Positions 7,790 through 17,226 of a DNA stretch of 64,000 nucleotides are shown piece after piece. The position numbers and the translations under genes were made by a program. Under the pieces are notes generated by a model. It made no database searches, was not told the origin of the DNA, and saw only the letters and a program-made list of their open reading frames with translations. Position 1 is the first letter of the stretch. Each line of letters begins with the position of its first letter. The stretch spans positions 1 to 64,000 of IMG/VR virus record IMGVR_UViG_3300014205_000200, one strand, 5' to 3'. Source of the DNA: a virus. Taxonomy: Duplodnaviria > Caudoviricetes.

Positions 7790-10028
7790 GTTAGAGCTAG
7801 ACGCCCAACGGGTCACGCCGGCCGAGGCGAAGCGGCTCCTGTCGGCCTTCAGCTACTCCAACCCCCAGTTCTACAAGCTCCAGAAGATGGGCCGGTGGGT
7901 GGGCAACACTCCTCGGACGATCGAGACCCACCGGGTCATCAAGAACGGCTTCGACGGCATCTCGGCTCTCCACTTCCCCCGCGGGGCGGCGGCCCGACTC
8001 GACCGAGCGGCGGCCGAGCTGGGGATCGATCTGGACTTTCAGGACGATCGGCTGACGCTCGACGACTGCGATTTTGACATCCGGCCGATGGCGAGCCCAA
8101 TCCGGCTCCGGGAAGACCAGGAGGAGATCGTCGAGCAGATCCTCGAGCGCGAGAACGGGCTCGTCCGAGCGGCGACCGGTTGCCTGGCGGGCGACACCGT
8201 TATTGGTGTTCACCGAGGTGGGAAGGGGTTCAAGCTCAGAATCGACCAACTGGTCCATCGCTTCAACGGTGGTCGGATCCAGGGCCGTGCAGGTGCGACT
8301 TGGGATCCCGAGACTCCCACGATGGTGAGGTCTGAAGTCGGAGGGTTCGTGCGACTGCACCAGCTCAAAGGCGCGGTGGTGAGTGGAGTTCGAGAGGTTT
8401 ACGAGGTAAAGACCGCCGGGGGTCGATCTCTAAAGGCGACTCTAGACCACCGCTTCAAAACACCGGCGGGTTGGAGGCGGCTGGGTGAGCTGTCGATGGG
8501 TGATTGCCTTCTAGTCAACATCGGGCGCCCGAAGGCTAAAACCGGGGCGAAGCGTCACTACCGAGTGGTTTGTAACCTCCACCGCCACCCGTATTCGGGC
8601 CGGCGGAATGTCCGGTCGGGTCACTCGGTGCCGCTTCACCGGATCGTCGCGGAAGCGGGCCTAAACGGACTTGAGTTTTCGGAGTTCGTTTCTCGGATTC
8701 GACTCGGGGGGGTTGAAGGTCTGGTGTTCTTGGATCCGAAGGAGTTCCACGTCCATCATCAAGACGAGGATCCGCTCAACAATAGCCCTGAAAACCTGCT
8801 GATTATGAAGGCCGGTGACCATCATCGCCAGCACGGAAAAGAGGGCGGTTGGAAGCACGTCACCGAGCGGGTGGGTGAGGATCCGATCGTTGAGATCCGA
8901 CGTGTCGGCTTCGAGAAAACCTACGATCTCGAGATGGACGGTGAGCCGCGAAACTTCCTTGCCAATGGGATCGTGGTCCACAATAGCGGCAAGACCGAGG
9001 TCGTCCTGGAGGCCATCCGGCGGGCCGCTCAGCCGGCCCTCGTGGTGGTGTGGAGCAAGGCGCTCCTCGACCAGTGGGTGGAGCGGATCCACCAGCGGTG
9101 GGGCTGGCCGATCGATCGGATCGGCCAGATCGGCGGCGGAAAGTTCCGGCTGGGCGACATCACGGTCGCGATGCACCAGTCGATCGCGCCCCGGATCACC
9201 AACCTACGGGGCCTCTTTGGGTTCGTCGCCTGCGATGAGGTTCACCGGTGGGCGGCCAAGACCTTCCGCGAGATCGTCGGCGAGTTCCCGGCCCGGTTTC
9301 GGATCGGCGTCTCGGCCGACGAGCGGCGGAAGGACGGTCTGGAGGACATCACGCGCGACATCTTCGGGCCCGTCCTGGCGGAGGTCGGGCGCGAGCAGCT
9401 GATCCGCGATGGCCGGATCGCCAGCGTAGAGATCTCGGTGGTGCCGACCGGCCACAAAATCGGCCCCGAGATCCAAAAGCAGATCGACGCCGTCCCGTCG
9501 GCCGAGCAGGCGAAGGTGATCGGCGCCAACTACGTGAAGGTCCTGACCGAGCTGGTCCACGACGACGCCCGCAACGATCTGGCCGGCCGGTTGGCCGCCG
9601 CCGAAGCGACGGAGGGCCGGAGCGTGTTGATCTTCACCGAGCGGGTCGAGCACGCGTTCGAGATCGCCCGAGTGGTCAGCACCCGCTACCAAGTCCCCTG
9701 CGGGACGTTGGTCGGCGGCGCGACCAACAAGGCCGCCTTCGAGGAGACACGGGCCCGCCTGTACGAGGGCTCGCTCCGGGTGGCGGTCGGGACCAGTTGC
9801 GTTTACGAAGGTTTCGACGTTCCCCGGCTGGCGGTCGGCATCGTCGCGAGCCCGAGCGCGGCCAACAAGCAGCGGCTGGAGCAGCAGATCGGGCGCCTCC
9901 GCCGACTGTTCCCCGGGAAGCTTAAGGGCCGGCTCTACTACCTGTGGGACGAGGCCCTGTTCCCGAGCCATCTGCGGCGGATTGAAGGCTACTACGGCCG
10001 TCGGTTGGTCAGCGTCTACGGCGAGTGA
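7758..10028 (+). CDS. superfamily 2 helicase (UvsW/XPB/Res-like) containing an intein
   Basis: LREDQEE, AATG|SGKT Walker A, CDEVH, GVSA, EGFDVP, QQIGRLRR; start 7758 (or 7749). Confidence 0.9.
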   Translation: MRIVPIKIRSELELDAQRVTPAEAKRLLSAFSYSNPQFYKLQKMGRWVGNTPRTIETHRVIKNGFDGISALHFPRGAAARLDRAAAELGIDLDFQDDRLTLDDCDFDIRPMASPIRLREDQEEIVEQILERENGLVRAATGCLAGDTVIGVHRGGKGFKLRIDQLVHRFNGGRIQGRAGATWDPETPTMVRSEVGGFVRLHQLKGAVVSGVREVYEVKTAGGRSLKATLDHRFKTPAGWRRLGELSMGDCLLVNIGRPKAKTGAKRHYRVVCNLHRHPYSGRRNVRSGHSVPLHRIVAEAGLNGLEFSEFVSRIRLGGVEGLVFLDPKEFHVHHQDEDPLNNSPENLLIMKAGDHHRQHGKEGGWKHVTERVGEDPIVEIRRVGFEKTYDLEMDGEPRNFLANGIVVHNSGKTEVVLEAIRRAAQPALVVVWSKALLDQWVERIHQRWGWPIDRIGQIGGGKFRLGDITVAMHQSIAPRITNLRGLFGFVACDEVHRWAAKTFREIVGEFPARFRIGVSADERRKDGLEDITRDIFGPVLAEVGREQLIRDGRIASVEISVVPTGHKIGPEIQKQIDAVPSAEQAKVIGANYVKVLTELVHDDARNDLAGRLAAAEATEGRSVLIFTERVEHAFEIARVVSTRYQVPCGTLVGGATNKAAFEETRARLYEGSLRVAVGTSCVYEGFDVPRLAVGIVASPSAANKQRLEQQIGRLRRLFPGKLKGRLYYLWDEALFPSHLRRIEGYYGRRLVSVYGE
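8181..8984 (+). mobile_element. intein (268 aa) with HNH-type homing endonuclease, inserted in helicase Walker A
   Basis: Begins CLAGDTVI, block B TLDHRF, HVHHQDEDPLNNSPENL HNH motif, ends NFLANGIVVHN followed by S. Confidence 0.92.
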
Positions 10029-10053
10029 CCCCCGGGTCCGTCCGACCCGGGGG
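10029..10053 (+). terminator. 10-bp GC stem-loop after the helicase (possible terminator)
   Basis: CCCCCGGGTC-cgtcc-GACCCGGGGG; no U-tract; overlaps a GGGAAGAT motif. Confidence 0.35.
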
Positions 10054-10065
10054 AAGATTCGGGTC

Positions 10066-11115
10066 ATGAGCTGGAAAGTGAACATCGAAGAACGGTTAAT
10101 CCTCAACGGAGGCCGGTACGTTGGGGCCGACGGTCTGGCGATCTACCTCTACCTGCGGGCGACGGTTCGCCGCCGCCCCCGGGTGGAGGTCGAAAGGGTC
10201 GCACTTGCGGCCGGGTGGCAGTTTGTCGCTGTCGACCGGGTACAGATCGCCGACGCCCTCCAGTTGTCGATCTCGACCGTCACCCGGAGGATCACCCAGC
10301 TGGAGACCGTTGGGTGGATCATAGTCGTCCGATCGGGCGGTCGATCGAACGTCTACCTGTTGGGTCGCTGGGGAGCTTGGTTCGTCGACCCGATTCTTAA
10401 AGACTCGGCCTGCCTACCGGAGAACCAAATCACGATGACGCGCGAGATGCTCGAGGGAATTGACCCCACCGTCAGCGAGACGCTGAAGTCGTTCTTGGGG
10501 GCCCCAGGGTCGGTTGAACGGGACGCGGGTGAAATCGCGAATGTATCTGTAGTTGAGGGTACTTGCGATTACGTCCCCGTTTCTGGGAATTCTGGGAATT
10601 CTGGGGATAAGAGAGGAGAGGAGAGAAGGGATCGTCCCGTTCGGAAGATACGGAAGGTCAGAACCGAACCCGAAGCCACACCGGCGGCGGTGCCGGATCC
10701 GCCCCCCGAGAACGCGCGTTCTCGGTTGACGGCGGAGGACCGGGCGCTCCGGACCGCACTTTGGAAACAGGAACACGGGCGGAACGACGAGCTGACGGTG
10801 GACGAGATGGTCGCCGCCTGGCGGTACCTCTACCGCGGTCGGTTCGCGGTCGACGATCCGGAGATGAAGCGAGCGGTCGATCGCAAGCGGGCGGCCGACA
10901 CCTTCCGGCGGTTCGCCACCGCGACGGGCGAGTGGAACCGGACGCGGTCTTTCCTGTTCGAGCGGTTCCTCGGGTGGGCGACCGACTTCGAGGCCCGGAA
11001 GGCCCGGACGCCCCCCAGTTGGTTTCGGATCCTCGATCTGGTGGCCGGACGACCGCCCCCCAGTTGGGCCGCCCACCTGATCGCCGCTCGAGGGAAGATG
11101 GCGAGCGATGAATGA
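10066..11115 (+). CDS. replication initiator-like protein with N-terminal winged HTH
   Basis: VDRVQIADALQLSISTVTRRITQLETVGWI...RSNVYLL wHTH; sits just upstream of DnaB and primase. Confidence 0.7.
   Translation: MSWKVNIEERLILNGGRYVGADGLAIYLYLRATVRRRPRVEVERVALAAGWQFVAVDRVQIADALQLSISTVTRRITQLETVGWIIVVRSGGRSNVYLLGRWGAWFVDPILKDSACLPENQITMTREMLEGIDPTVSETLKSFLGAPGSVERDAGEIANVSVVEGTCDYVPVSGNSGNSGDKRGEERRDRPVRKIRKVRTEPEATPAAVPDPPPENARSRLTAEDRALRTALWKQEHGRNDELTVDEMVAAWRYLYRGRFAVDDPEMKRAVDRKRAADTFRRFATATGEWNRTRSFLFERFLGWATDFEARKARTPPSWFRILDLVAGRPPPSWAAHLIAARGKMASDE
10708..10723. repeat. 16-bp palindrome copy 2 (inside the initiator-like gene, ENARS)
   Basis: Exact. Confidence 0.95.
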
Positions 11116-11308
11116 TCCGAAGGACCAGCAGACGGTGACGTTGGAGGCGCAGGCGCTGATTCGAAAGTTGATCCGCCAGCGACCGCCCGGTGCCGAGTTG
11201 CCCCCGGGCATCTCGGAGATGCTGACCGACCGCGACAGTCAGAACCTCGCCGACGCGGCCGCCCGTCGGGCCCGACGAAACGCCAAGCGGCTCGCCCGAA
11301 AGGGGTAG
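11108..11308 (+). CDS. hypothetical protein
   Basis: 66 aa; GAAGAT-N8-ATG upstream. Confidence 0.5.
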   Translation: MNDPKDQQTVTLEAQALIRKLIRQRPPGAELPPGISEMLTDRDSQNLADAAARRARRNAKRLARKG

Positions 11309-11314
11309 CGGTCG

Positions 11315-12712
11315 ATGGCGAACGATCGGGTGGTCGACTTCGATCTCGCGAACGAGCGAGTCGTGATCTCGACAATTCTGAAGAGCCCCGAGGCGCGGTC
11401 GCGGGTTCGGCGCCAGCTGAACGCTGACGACTTCGGCCATCCGCCGCACCAGGTCCTCTTCCGGGCCACGATGGCGCTCGGGCAGGCCGGCCTGACGTTC
11501 AGCGAGGACACGATCGCCGATCTGGCACGCGGGCACGACTTCGGCGGCTACGCCTACCTGCGGGCCGTGCTGGCCGACTACGAGCCGACACGGAACATCG
11601 ACTACCACGTCGCCCGGGTGCGGGCCGACGCGGTGAAGTTCCGCCTGCTCGGCGAGACGCTGCCCGCCATCGCGGCCGCCTGTGAGGATCCGGAGGCGCC
11701 CCCCGAGAAGGTCGCGAGCCTGCTGACCCACGCGGCCCAACAAGCCGGCCAGGGGGTGCCGCGGTCGAACCTGTCCGGTGATTCGTTGGTGGAGGGCTAC
11801 TACCAGACGCTCCGCTACCGGAGTGCGGTCGGTGGTGTGGTGGAGGGGACGGGTTTCAGCGTGCTCGACAGCTCGTTGATTGCCGGCCTGGGGCCCCGGG
11901 CGATGAGCATCATCGTCGCCCGGCCGGCGCACGGCAAGACGACAATGGTGGCCAACATCCTCCGGAACCGCCTGCTGGCCGGGCGACCGACCTGGTGCGG
12001 CGCTTGGGAGATGGAGCCCGAGGACTACCTGGACAAGATCGTCGCGATCCAGACCAACATCCCGGCCGCTCTGCTGCTGCGCGAGCCCGGTCGGTTGTCG
12101 GGTCAGGAGCGAGACGACGTGATCGACATCGTCGAGCGGTTCCGCGACGAGCGGATCATTGAGTTTCAGAAGAACCCGTTCGTCGACTTGCCGCGGTCGA
12201 AGGACCGGTTCTTCGATTACAACGATCGCAACATGGACATCTTCGAGGCCGAGGTCGAGCGCGCCAGCGGAGCCGGGAAGGCGGTCTTCTTCCTCGACGT
12301 CGTGGGTAAGATGCTGCCGGACCGCCGGCCCGACCCGCTCACCTACGCGACCGTCCGGCTGCGCAGCATCGCCAAGCGGTACGCGGTCCACATCTGCCTG
12401 GTCCACCACCTTTCGCGCGACGGTGCGGAGGGCCGGCCGACGCTCGAGACCATCAAGGGCTCGGGCGCGTTCGAGGAGGAGGCCGACCTGGTGCTCGGAC
12501 TCGATCGGCCGATCCTTCGTGCCAGCCCGGCCAAGCGGGCCAAGACGGAGGACTACCTGGACGTCCACGTGTTGAAGCAACGGAACGGCCCGGCGCCGCT
12601 GTGCGTTCGGTTCCGTTTCCAAGGTGGCATCTTCACCCTGTCGGACGAGCAGCCGATCGATCTGACGATGCTGGAGCGTGAAGACTCCGGCTCGGACCGG
12701 AATTTCGGTTGA
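11315..12712 (+). CDS. dnaB: replicative DNA helicase, DnaB family
   Basis: N-terminal DnaB domain (NERVVISTIL...DDF..PPHQVLF), ARPAHGKTT, HLSR, IKGSGAFEEEAD, KQRNGP. Confidence 0.92.
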   Translation: MANDRVVDFDLANERVVISTILKSPEARSRVRRQLNADDFGHPPHQVLFRATMALGQAGLTFSEDTIADLARGHDFGGYAYLRAVLADYEPTRNIDYHVARVRADAVKFRLLGETLPAIAAACEDPEAPPEKVASLLTHAAQQAGQGVPRSNLSGDSLVEGYYQTLRYRSAVGGVVEGTGFSVLDSSLIAGLGPRAMSIIVARPAHGKTTMVANILRNRLLAGRPTWCGAWEMEPEDYLDKIVAIQTNIPAALLLREPGRLSGQERDDVIDIVERFRDERIIEFQKNPFVDLPRSKDRFFDYNDRNMDIFEAEVERASGAGKAVFFLDVVGKMLPDRRPDPLTYATVRLRSIAKRYAVHICLVHHLSRDGAEGRPTLETIKGSGAFEEEADLVLGLDRPILRASPAKRAKTEDYLDVHVLKQRNGPAPLCVRFRFQGGIFTLSDEQPIDLTMLEREDSGSDRNFG

Positions 12713-13767
12713 GTGTCCGCCGCGAGAACGCGCGTTCTCGGGGGCTGTTGCGTCAGCTCGACGTCCCGGCCCTCTTGGCCGAGTTGAAGATCGACGCCCG
12801 GCGGGCCGGCAACGAGTACCGGGGCCACTGCCCGAACCCCGAGCACGTCCGCCGGCCGGGTCCGGGTAGCTGGCAGATCCGAACGGCCGGCCGGGACGCC
12901 GGTCTGCACACCTGCTACGGGTGCGGTTTCGGGGGCGGTCCTGTTCAGTTGGTCCAGAAGGTCCTCGGGCTGCCGACCTACGGGGCCGCGTTCGACTGGA
13001 TCCGCCAGTTCGTCGGCGAGGTGGTGCCGTCCGGCGCCGAGGTTCGGTTCCGCCGGAAGGAGGTGCCGGTGGTCGAGGTCCCCGAGCTGCAGGTGCCGGT
13101 CGGTACGCTGGCGCTCTGGGCGCATGATCGGACGAAGAACCGAACGGTCGACGCCGCGCTGACCTATCTGGAGGGCCGCGGGTTGGTGTTGGCCGACGTC
13201 GAGCGCTACGGGATCGGCGCGGTGCCGGAAGGCGCGCCCTCGTACGGCGGCCGGTTGATTGTGCCGGTGGTGGTTCGGGATCGACTGGTCGACTTCGTCG
13301 CCCGTTTGTTTGTCGATCGACCGGCGACGGTCCCCAAGGCGTTGTCGGGGCGCCGAGACCAGGGGGCCGTGAAGGAGCTGTCGCTGTGGGGCTACGACGA
13401 GCTGGACCCGGGCGTCCGGGTGGTGCACGTCGTCGAGGGTGTGTGGGGCGCGCACGCGGCCCGGCGGGCCGGATTGCCGAACGTGGTGGCGAGCTGCGGA
13501 TCGGCCTGGAGCCCCGAGCGGTCGGCCCTTCTGGGGGCGTGGCCGGAGATCTGCTTCATCCCTGACGGTGACGCGGCCGGCTCGAAGCTACCCGGCCGGG
13601 CCTCCGATCTGCGGTTTCGCCATCAGGTCCGGGTGGCCGAGCTGCCGGCCGGCCAGCAGCCCGACACCGTCCCGCCCGATGTCCTTCTCGCCGCCGTCCG
13701 GAGCGCGACGGCCGTCCACCTGGCCCCCCTGCCGACCGCTCGGGCGCGCCCCTACGCCGGGAAATGA
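12709..13767 (+). CDS. DNA primase (Zn-binding + TOPRIM)
   Basis: CPNPEH...HTCYGCG zinc site; VVEGVWG and DGDAAG TOPRIM motifs. Confidence 0.88.
   Translation: MSVRRENARSRGLLRQLDVPALLAELKIDARRAGNEYRGHCPNPEHVRRPGPGSWQIRTAGRDAGLHTCYGCGFGGGPVQLVQKVLGLPTYGAAFDWIRQFVGEVVPSGAEVRFRRKEVPVVEVPELQVPVGTLALWAHDRTKNRTVDAALTYLEGRGLVLADVERYGIGAVPEGAPSYGGRLIVPVVVRDRLVDFVARLFVDRPATVPKALSGRRDQGAVKELSLWGYDELDPGVRVVHVVEGVWGAHAARRAGLPNVVASCGSAWSPERSALLGAWPEICFIPDGDAAGSKLPGRASDLRFRHQVRVAELPAGQQPDTVPPDVLLAAVRSATAVHLAPLPTARARPYAGK
12724..12739. repeat. 16-bp palindrome copy 3 (primase N-terminus, ENARS)
   Basis: Exact. Confidence 0.95.
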
Positions 13768-13884
13768 ACGCTGCGATCCCGGTCGGTTGCGGAATAGATG
13801 AAATCGGCGCTTTCCTACCGCCGAAAAGGGCGCTAAAACCGAAATCAATTAGCCCGCCCCGGGCGAAGATGCGGTCGGGGTCGG

Positions 13885-15348
13885 ATGGAGGTCAGGATGG
13901 GATGGTCTGAATATCAAACCCGAATTTTCGAGAGCCTACACAACGGCCAAGGCAACCTGGTGGTGGAGGCGTACGCCGGCACTGGGAAGACGACGACGAT
14001 CGTGGAAGGTCTCAAAGGGACGAGCCCGAGGAGCCGGCCGTTGGCGATCGCGTTCAACCGGTCGATCGCGGCTGAGTTGAAGAACCGGGTTCCTCAGCAC
14101 GTGAACGTCAAGACGGTGTCGGGCGCGGGTAAGTGGGCGCTCCACCGGGCGTTCGGCGAGTTTCCGGTGGTCGAGAATCGCACCGACACGTTCGCCCGGG
14201 AGGCGGTCTCGGCCCGGGGGTGGTTCACCACCGACAAGGACGGCAAGCGGCGCCCTCGGTACGTTGGCTCGATCGTCAAGCTGGTGTCGGCCGCCAAGTC
14301 GGAGGGTCTGGGGCCCGAGGACATCCGGGAGGTCCGGGCGCTGGCGATCGAGAAGGAGATGGACAATCTGACCGTCACGGTCGATGAGCTGACGGGCGCG
14401 GTCTGTCAGGTGTTGGAGGACTGCGAAACCTTCGGCGGTGAGATCGACTTCGACGACATGGCGTGGCTCCCCTACAGGCTGAAGCTCACCCCGCGGTCGA
14501 ACGGAATCGTGGTGGTCGACGAGGCCCAGGACCTAAACGAACCGCAGCTCTATCTCGCCAAGGCGATGGCCCGGCAGGGCGGCCGGGTGGTGGTGGTGGG
14601 CGATCGGCACCAGGCCATCTATCAATTCCGCGGTGCCGGGAAGGGGATGTTCGCCCGGTTGATCGAGGAGCTGGGCGGTGAGCTGTTGAAGTTGCCGGTG
14701 ACGTACCGGTGCAGCCGGGCGGTCGTCGAGCTGGCGCGCCAGCAGGTGCCCGACTTCCAGGCGGCTCCGGGGGCGCCCGACGGCTCGGTGACGCGGTTGC
14801 CGATCGCGAAGCTGCTCAAGACCGCCCGGCCGGGGGACTTCATCATCAGCCGGTCGAACGCTCCTCTGGTGTCGCTGATGAAGGACGCCATCCGGGCTCG
14901 GATCCCCGCCATCATCGCCGGCCGGGACTTCGGGCGGACACTCGAGGTCTTCCTCGACCAGCTGGACGCGCCCGACATGAAGACACTCGTGCGGCGGATC
15001 GAGGAGTACCGCGATCGGGAGACCCGGAAGGCGGCCGAGCTGGAGCGGCCGAGCCTGGGCGAACGGGCGGTCGACAAGGCTGAGGCGTTGCTGGCCTTCG
15101 CCGAAGGCGTCGGGTCAGTCGCGGAGCTGCGGTCGCAGATCGGCCAGTATTTCACCGACGAGGACGCGCGGGACCGGGTGGTGCTGACCACCACCCACAA
15201 GGCCAAGGGTCTCGAGCGGGACAACGTCTACGTGCTGGAGGGGACCTTCGGTCGTGGGATGGCGTATGAGGAGGGCCGAAATCTCTGGTACGTCGCCATC
15301 ACACGGGCGCGTCACAACCTGATCCTGGTCGAGGAGCCGAGGCAATGA
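13885..15348 (+). CDS. superfamily 1 (UvrD-like) helicase
   Basis: AYAGTGKTT, VDEAQD, GDRHQAIYQFRG, TYRC, TTHKAKGLE, YVAITRAR. Confidence 0.92.
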   Translation: MEVRMGWSEYQTRIFESLHNGQGNLVVEAYAGTGKTTTIVEGLKGTSPRSRPLAIAFNRSIAAELKNRVPQHVNVKTVSGAGKWALHRAFGEFPVVENRTDTFAREAVSARGWFTTDKDGKRRPRYVGSIVKLVSAAKSEGLGPEDIREVRALAIEKEMDNLTVTVDELTGAVCQVLEDCETFGGEIDFDDMAWLPYRLKLTPRSNGIVVVDEAQDLNEPQLYLAKAMARQGGRVVVVGDRHQAIYQFRGAGKGMFARLIEELGGELLKLPVTYRCSRAVVELARQQVPDFQAAPGAPDGSVTRLPIAKLLKTARPGDFIISRSNAPLVSLMKDAIRARIPAIIAGRDFGRTLEVFLDQLDAPDMKTLVRRIEEYRDRETRKAAELERPSLGERAVDKAEALLAFAEGVGSVAELRSQIGQYFTDEDARDRVVLTTTHKAKGLERDNVYVLEGTFGRGMAYEEGRNLWYVAITRARHNLILVEEPRQ

Positions 15349-15575
15349 ATGATCCGATCGAAATCTACATGGCGGGCTGGCGCTCCGGGGCCGCGGGTCA
15401 GAAGCTCGAGTCCCCGCCGAACCAGGAGATCGAGCAGGTGCGGCTGCGCGGCTACGTCGACGGCGCTGAGGCGGCCCGGCGGGCCCTCCAGCTGGAGCGC
15501 TCGCAGGCTCGGGTCGCCCGGGGCGGCGAGGTGACGGTCGAGCAGGCGTTGGCGGTGAAGCGGAGGTTGGGATGA
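15345..15575 (+). CDS. hypothetical protein
   Basis: 76 aa; ATGA overlaps on both sides. Confidence 0.5.
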   Translation: MNDPIEIYMAGWRSGAAGQKLESPPNQEIEQVRLRGYVDGAEAARRALQLERSQARVARGGEVTVEQALAVKRRLG

Positions 15576-16165
15576 ACACCGATTTGAATCACGAGACCCT
15601 GACGGCCCTGAAGGAGGGTCGTCTTTCCATCCGGGCCTTTCAGCCACACCGGTGCAGCTACGTGCGACAGATGGCGAGGTGGATCCACCTTAGGAGCGAC
15701 TGGGCCAACCCGAGTTTGGAGATCGCCGACTACGAGCAGATCGTCTTCACGACAATTTGGGAGACGGTCGCCCGATACCGGTACCGGTGTCCCGGCTGCG
15801 TCCGGTCGGCCCGGTCGGCCGACGTTCTCCGGCGTCACATTGAGGCCCGTCACCCGGGCGTTCGGGTCGAGGCCAAGATGGAGATCCACCGCTACGTCCA
15901 CGGCTGCGTCGGCCAGGCGCTTTGGCATTCGGTCCGGCCCTACATGCGCCGGGCCAAGTGGCAGGGCGGTCCTGTACCGCCGGAGTTGGAGGCGCCCGAC
16001 AGGCATCAGCAGGATGCCGCCGAGTTGGCATTTTTGGTGTCGGCCGCCCGAGAGGCGCTGGGTCCCACTCAGGCCCGGGTCTTGGAGGCGTTGGCGACCG
16101 GCCATTCAATCACCTACGCGGGCTCGGCGGAGCTACGCGAATTTTTGAAACGGAGAATCGGATGA
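15572..16165 (+). CDS. sigma-70-like transcription factor with an inserted C2H2-type zinc finger
   Basis: Region-2-like DYEQIVFTTIWETVARY, then CPGC-x12-HIEARH, then region-4-like ALGPTQARVLEALATGHS. Confidence 0.5.
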   Translation: MNTDLNHETLTALKEGRLSIRAFQPHRCSYVRQMARWIHLRSDWANPSLEIADYEQIVFTTIWETVARYRYRCPGCVRSARSADVLRRHIEARHPGVRVEAKMEIHRYVHGCVGQALWHSVRPYMRRAKWQGGPVPPELEAPDRHQQDAAELAFLVSAAREALGPTQARVLEALATGHSITYAGSAELREFLKRRIG

Positions 16166-17226
16166 ACACGACAGCAAAGAAGAAAACCCCCATGAACGCC
16201 GAGCTATTGCGCGCGGAAGCGGTGAAGCTCGGGCTCGAGTCTACCGGCGACGCGGCGGCCCTCGAGAAGGTGATCACCACCTACTACGAGGAGCGCTACA
16301 CCGACCTACTCGAGTGCGAGCTGTGCGGGATGGCCGGCACCGAGGACGCCCCGGCTTGCGTCGGTTGTGGGGTGCCGTTCGCGGCCGTCACGCCCGAGGC
16401 CGAGGTGGTCGACATCAAGAGCGGAAAGGCGAAGGCTGAGAAGCCAGCGAAGGCCGAGAAGCCAGCGAAGGCCGAGAAGCCAGCGAAGGCCGAGAAGCCA
16501 GCGAAGGCCGAGAAGCCAACGAAGCCGGTGAAGGGGCCGAAGGCCGAGAAGGCGGCGAAGGCCGAGAAGGCGGCGAAGGCGCCGAAGGCAGAGAAGGCCC
16601 CGGTGGTCCCGGTCGAGAAGGCTCCGGCCGAAGCCGAGGCCGAATCGAAGGTGGCGCTGGCGACGTTGGAGCTGCAGATCGACACTTTCCGCCAGAACGC
16701 GGCCGAGCTTCAGTGGGATCTCGGGCAGGCGCTGATGCAGATCCGTGACCGAGATCTCTGGCGGGCGAGTGGCGACTACAAGTCCTATGGTGAGTACGTC
16801 GAAGGTCGACACCACTTCACCCGGCGGTACGCCAACGATCTGATCGACGCCTCGCGGACGTTCACGCGTGAGCAGGCCAAGGGGATGCCGATCACGATCC
16901 TGAAGGTGGCCGCCAAGGCGCCAGTCGAGGATCGCCAGCAGGTGTTGGAGGACGCCCGTCGAAACGGGACGTCGACCCGTGATCTCCAAGCCGAGGTGTC
17001 GGCCCGGCGAGCCGAGAAAGGGTTGCGCTCTGAGCGACGTGGCCTCGAGGGAACTATCTTGGTGACCGCTCGCTTGCGCGAGGGGAAGATCGCCGAGGGA
17101 ACATGGGAGAAAGAGGAGAAGAGCGGCGCCCGGTTCGCCCAATTCGTGATCGGCGAAGCGATGCTGCGGTTGGAGGACCACGGCGAGAAGGGCTTCGAGA
17201 TCCGAGTCATGAAGATCGCCAAGTAA
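16162..17226 (+). CDS. Lys/Ala-rich DNA-binding (histone-like) protein with zinc ribbon and helical DNA-binding domain
   Basis: CELCG...CVGCG; (KAEKPA)n; WDLGQAL..IRDRDLWR...SYGEYVEGRHHFTRRYANDLI. Confidence 0.6.
   Translation: MNTTAKKKTPMNAELLRAEAVKLGLESTGDAAALEKVITTYYEERYTDLLECELCGMAGTEDAPACVGCGVPFAAVTPEAEVVDIKSGKAKAEKPAKAEKPAKAEKPAKAEKPAKAEKPTKPVKGPKAEKAAKAEKAAKAPKAEKAPVVPVEKAPAEAEAESKVALATLELQIDTFRQNAAELQWDLGQALMQIRDRDLWRASGDYKSYGEYVEGRHHFTRRYANDLIDASRTFTREQAKGMPITILKVAAKAPVEDRQQVLEDARRNGTSTRDLQAEVSARRAEKGLRSERRGLEGTILVTARLREGKIAEGTWEKEEKSGARFAQFVIGEAMLRLEDHGEKGFEIRVMKIAK
16429..16520 (+). repeat. 18-bp coding tandem repeat (GCGAAGGCCGAGAAGCCA, ~5 copies) encoding AKAEKP
   Basis: Read directly from sequence; degenerate copies continue to about 16620. 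Confidence 0.9.

Noticed and set aside
16429-16620. Tandem 18-bp repeats as a possible CRISPR array or iterons
   Set aside because: No spacers; the repeats are in frame and encode KAEKPA in a protein
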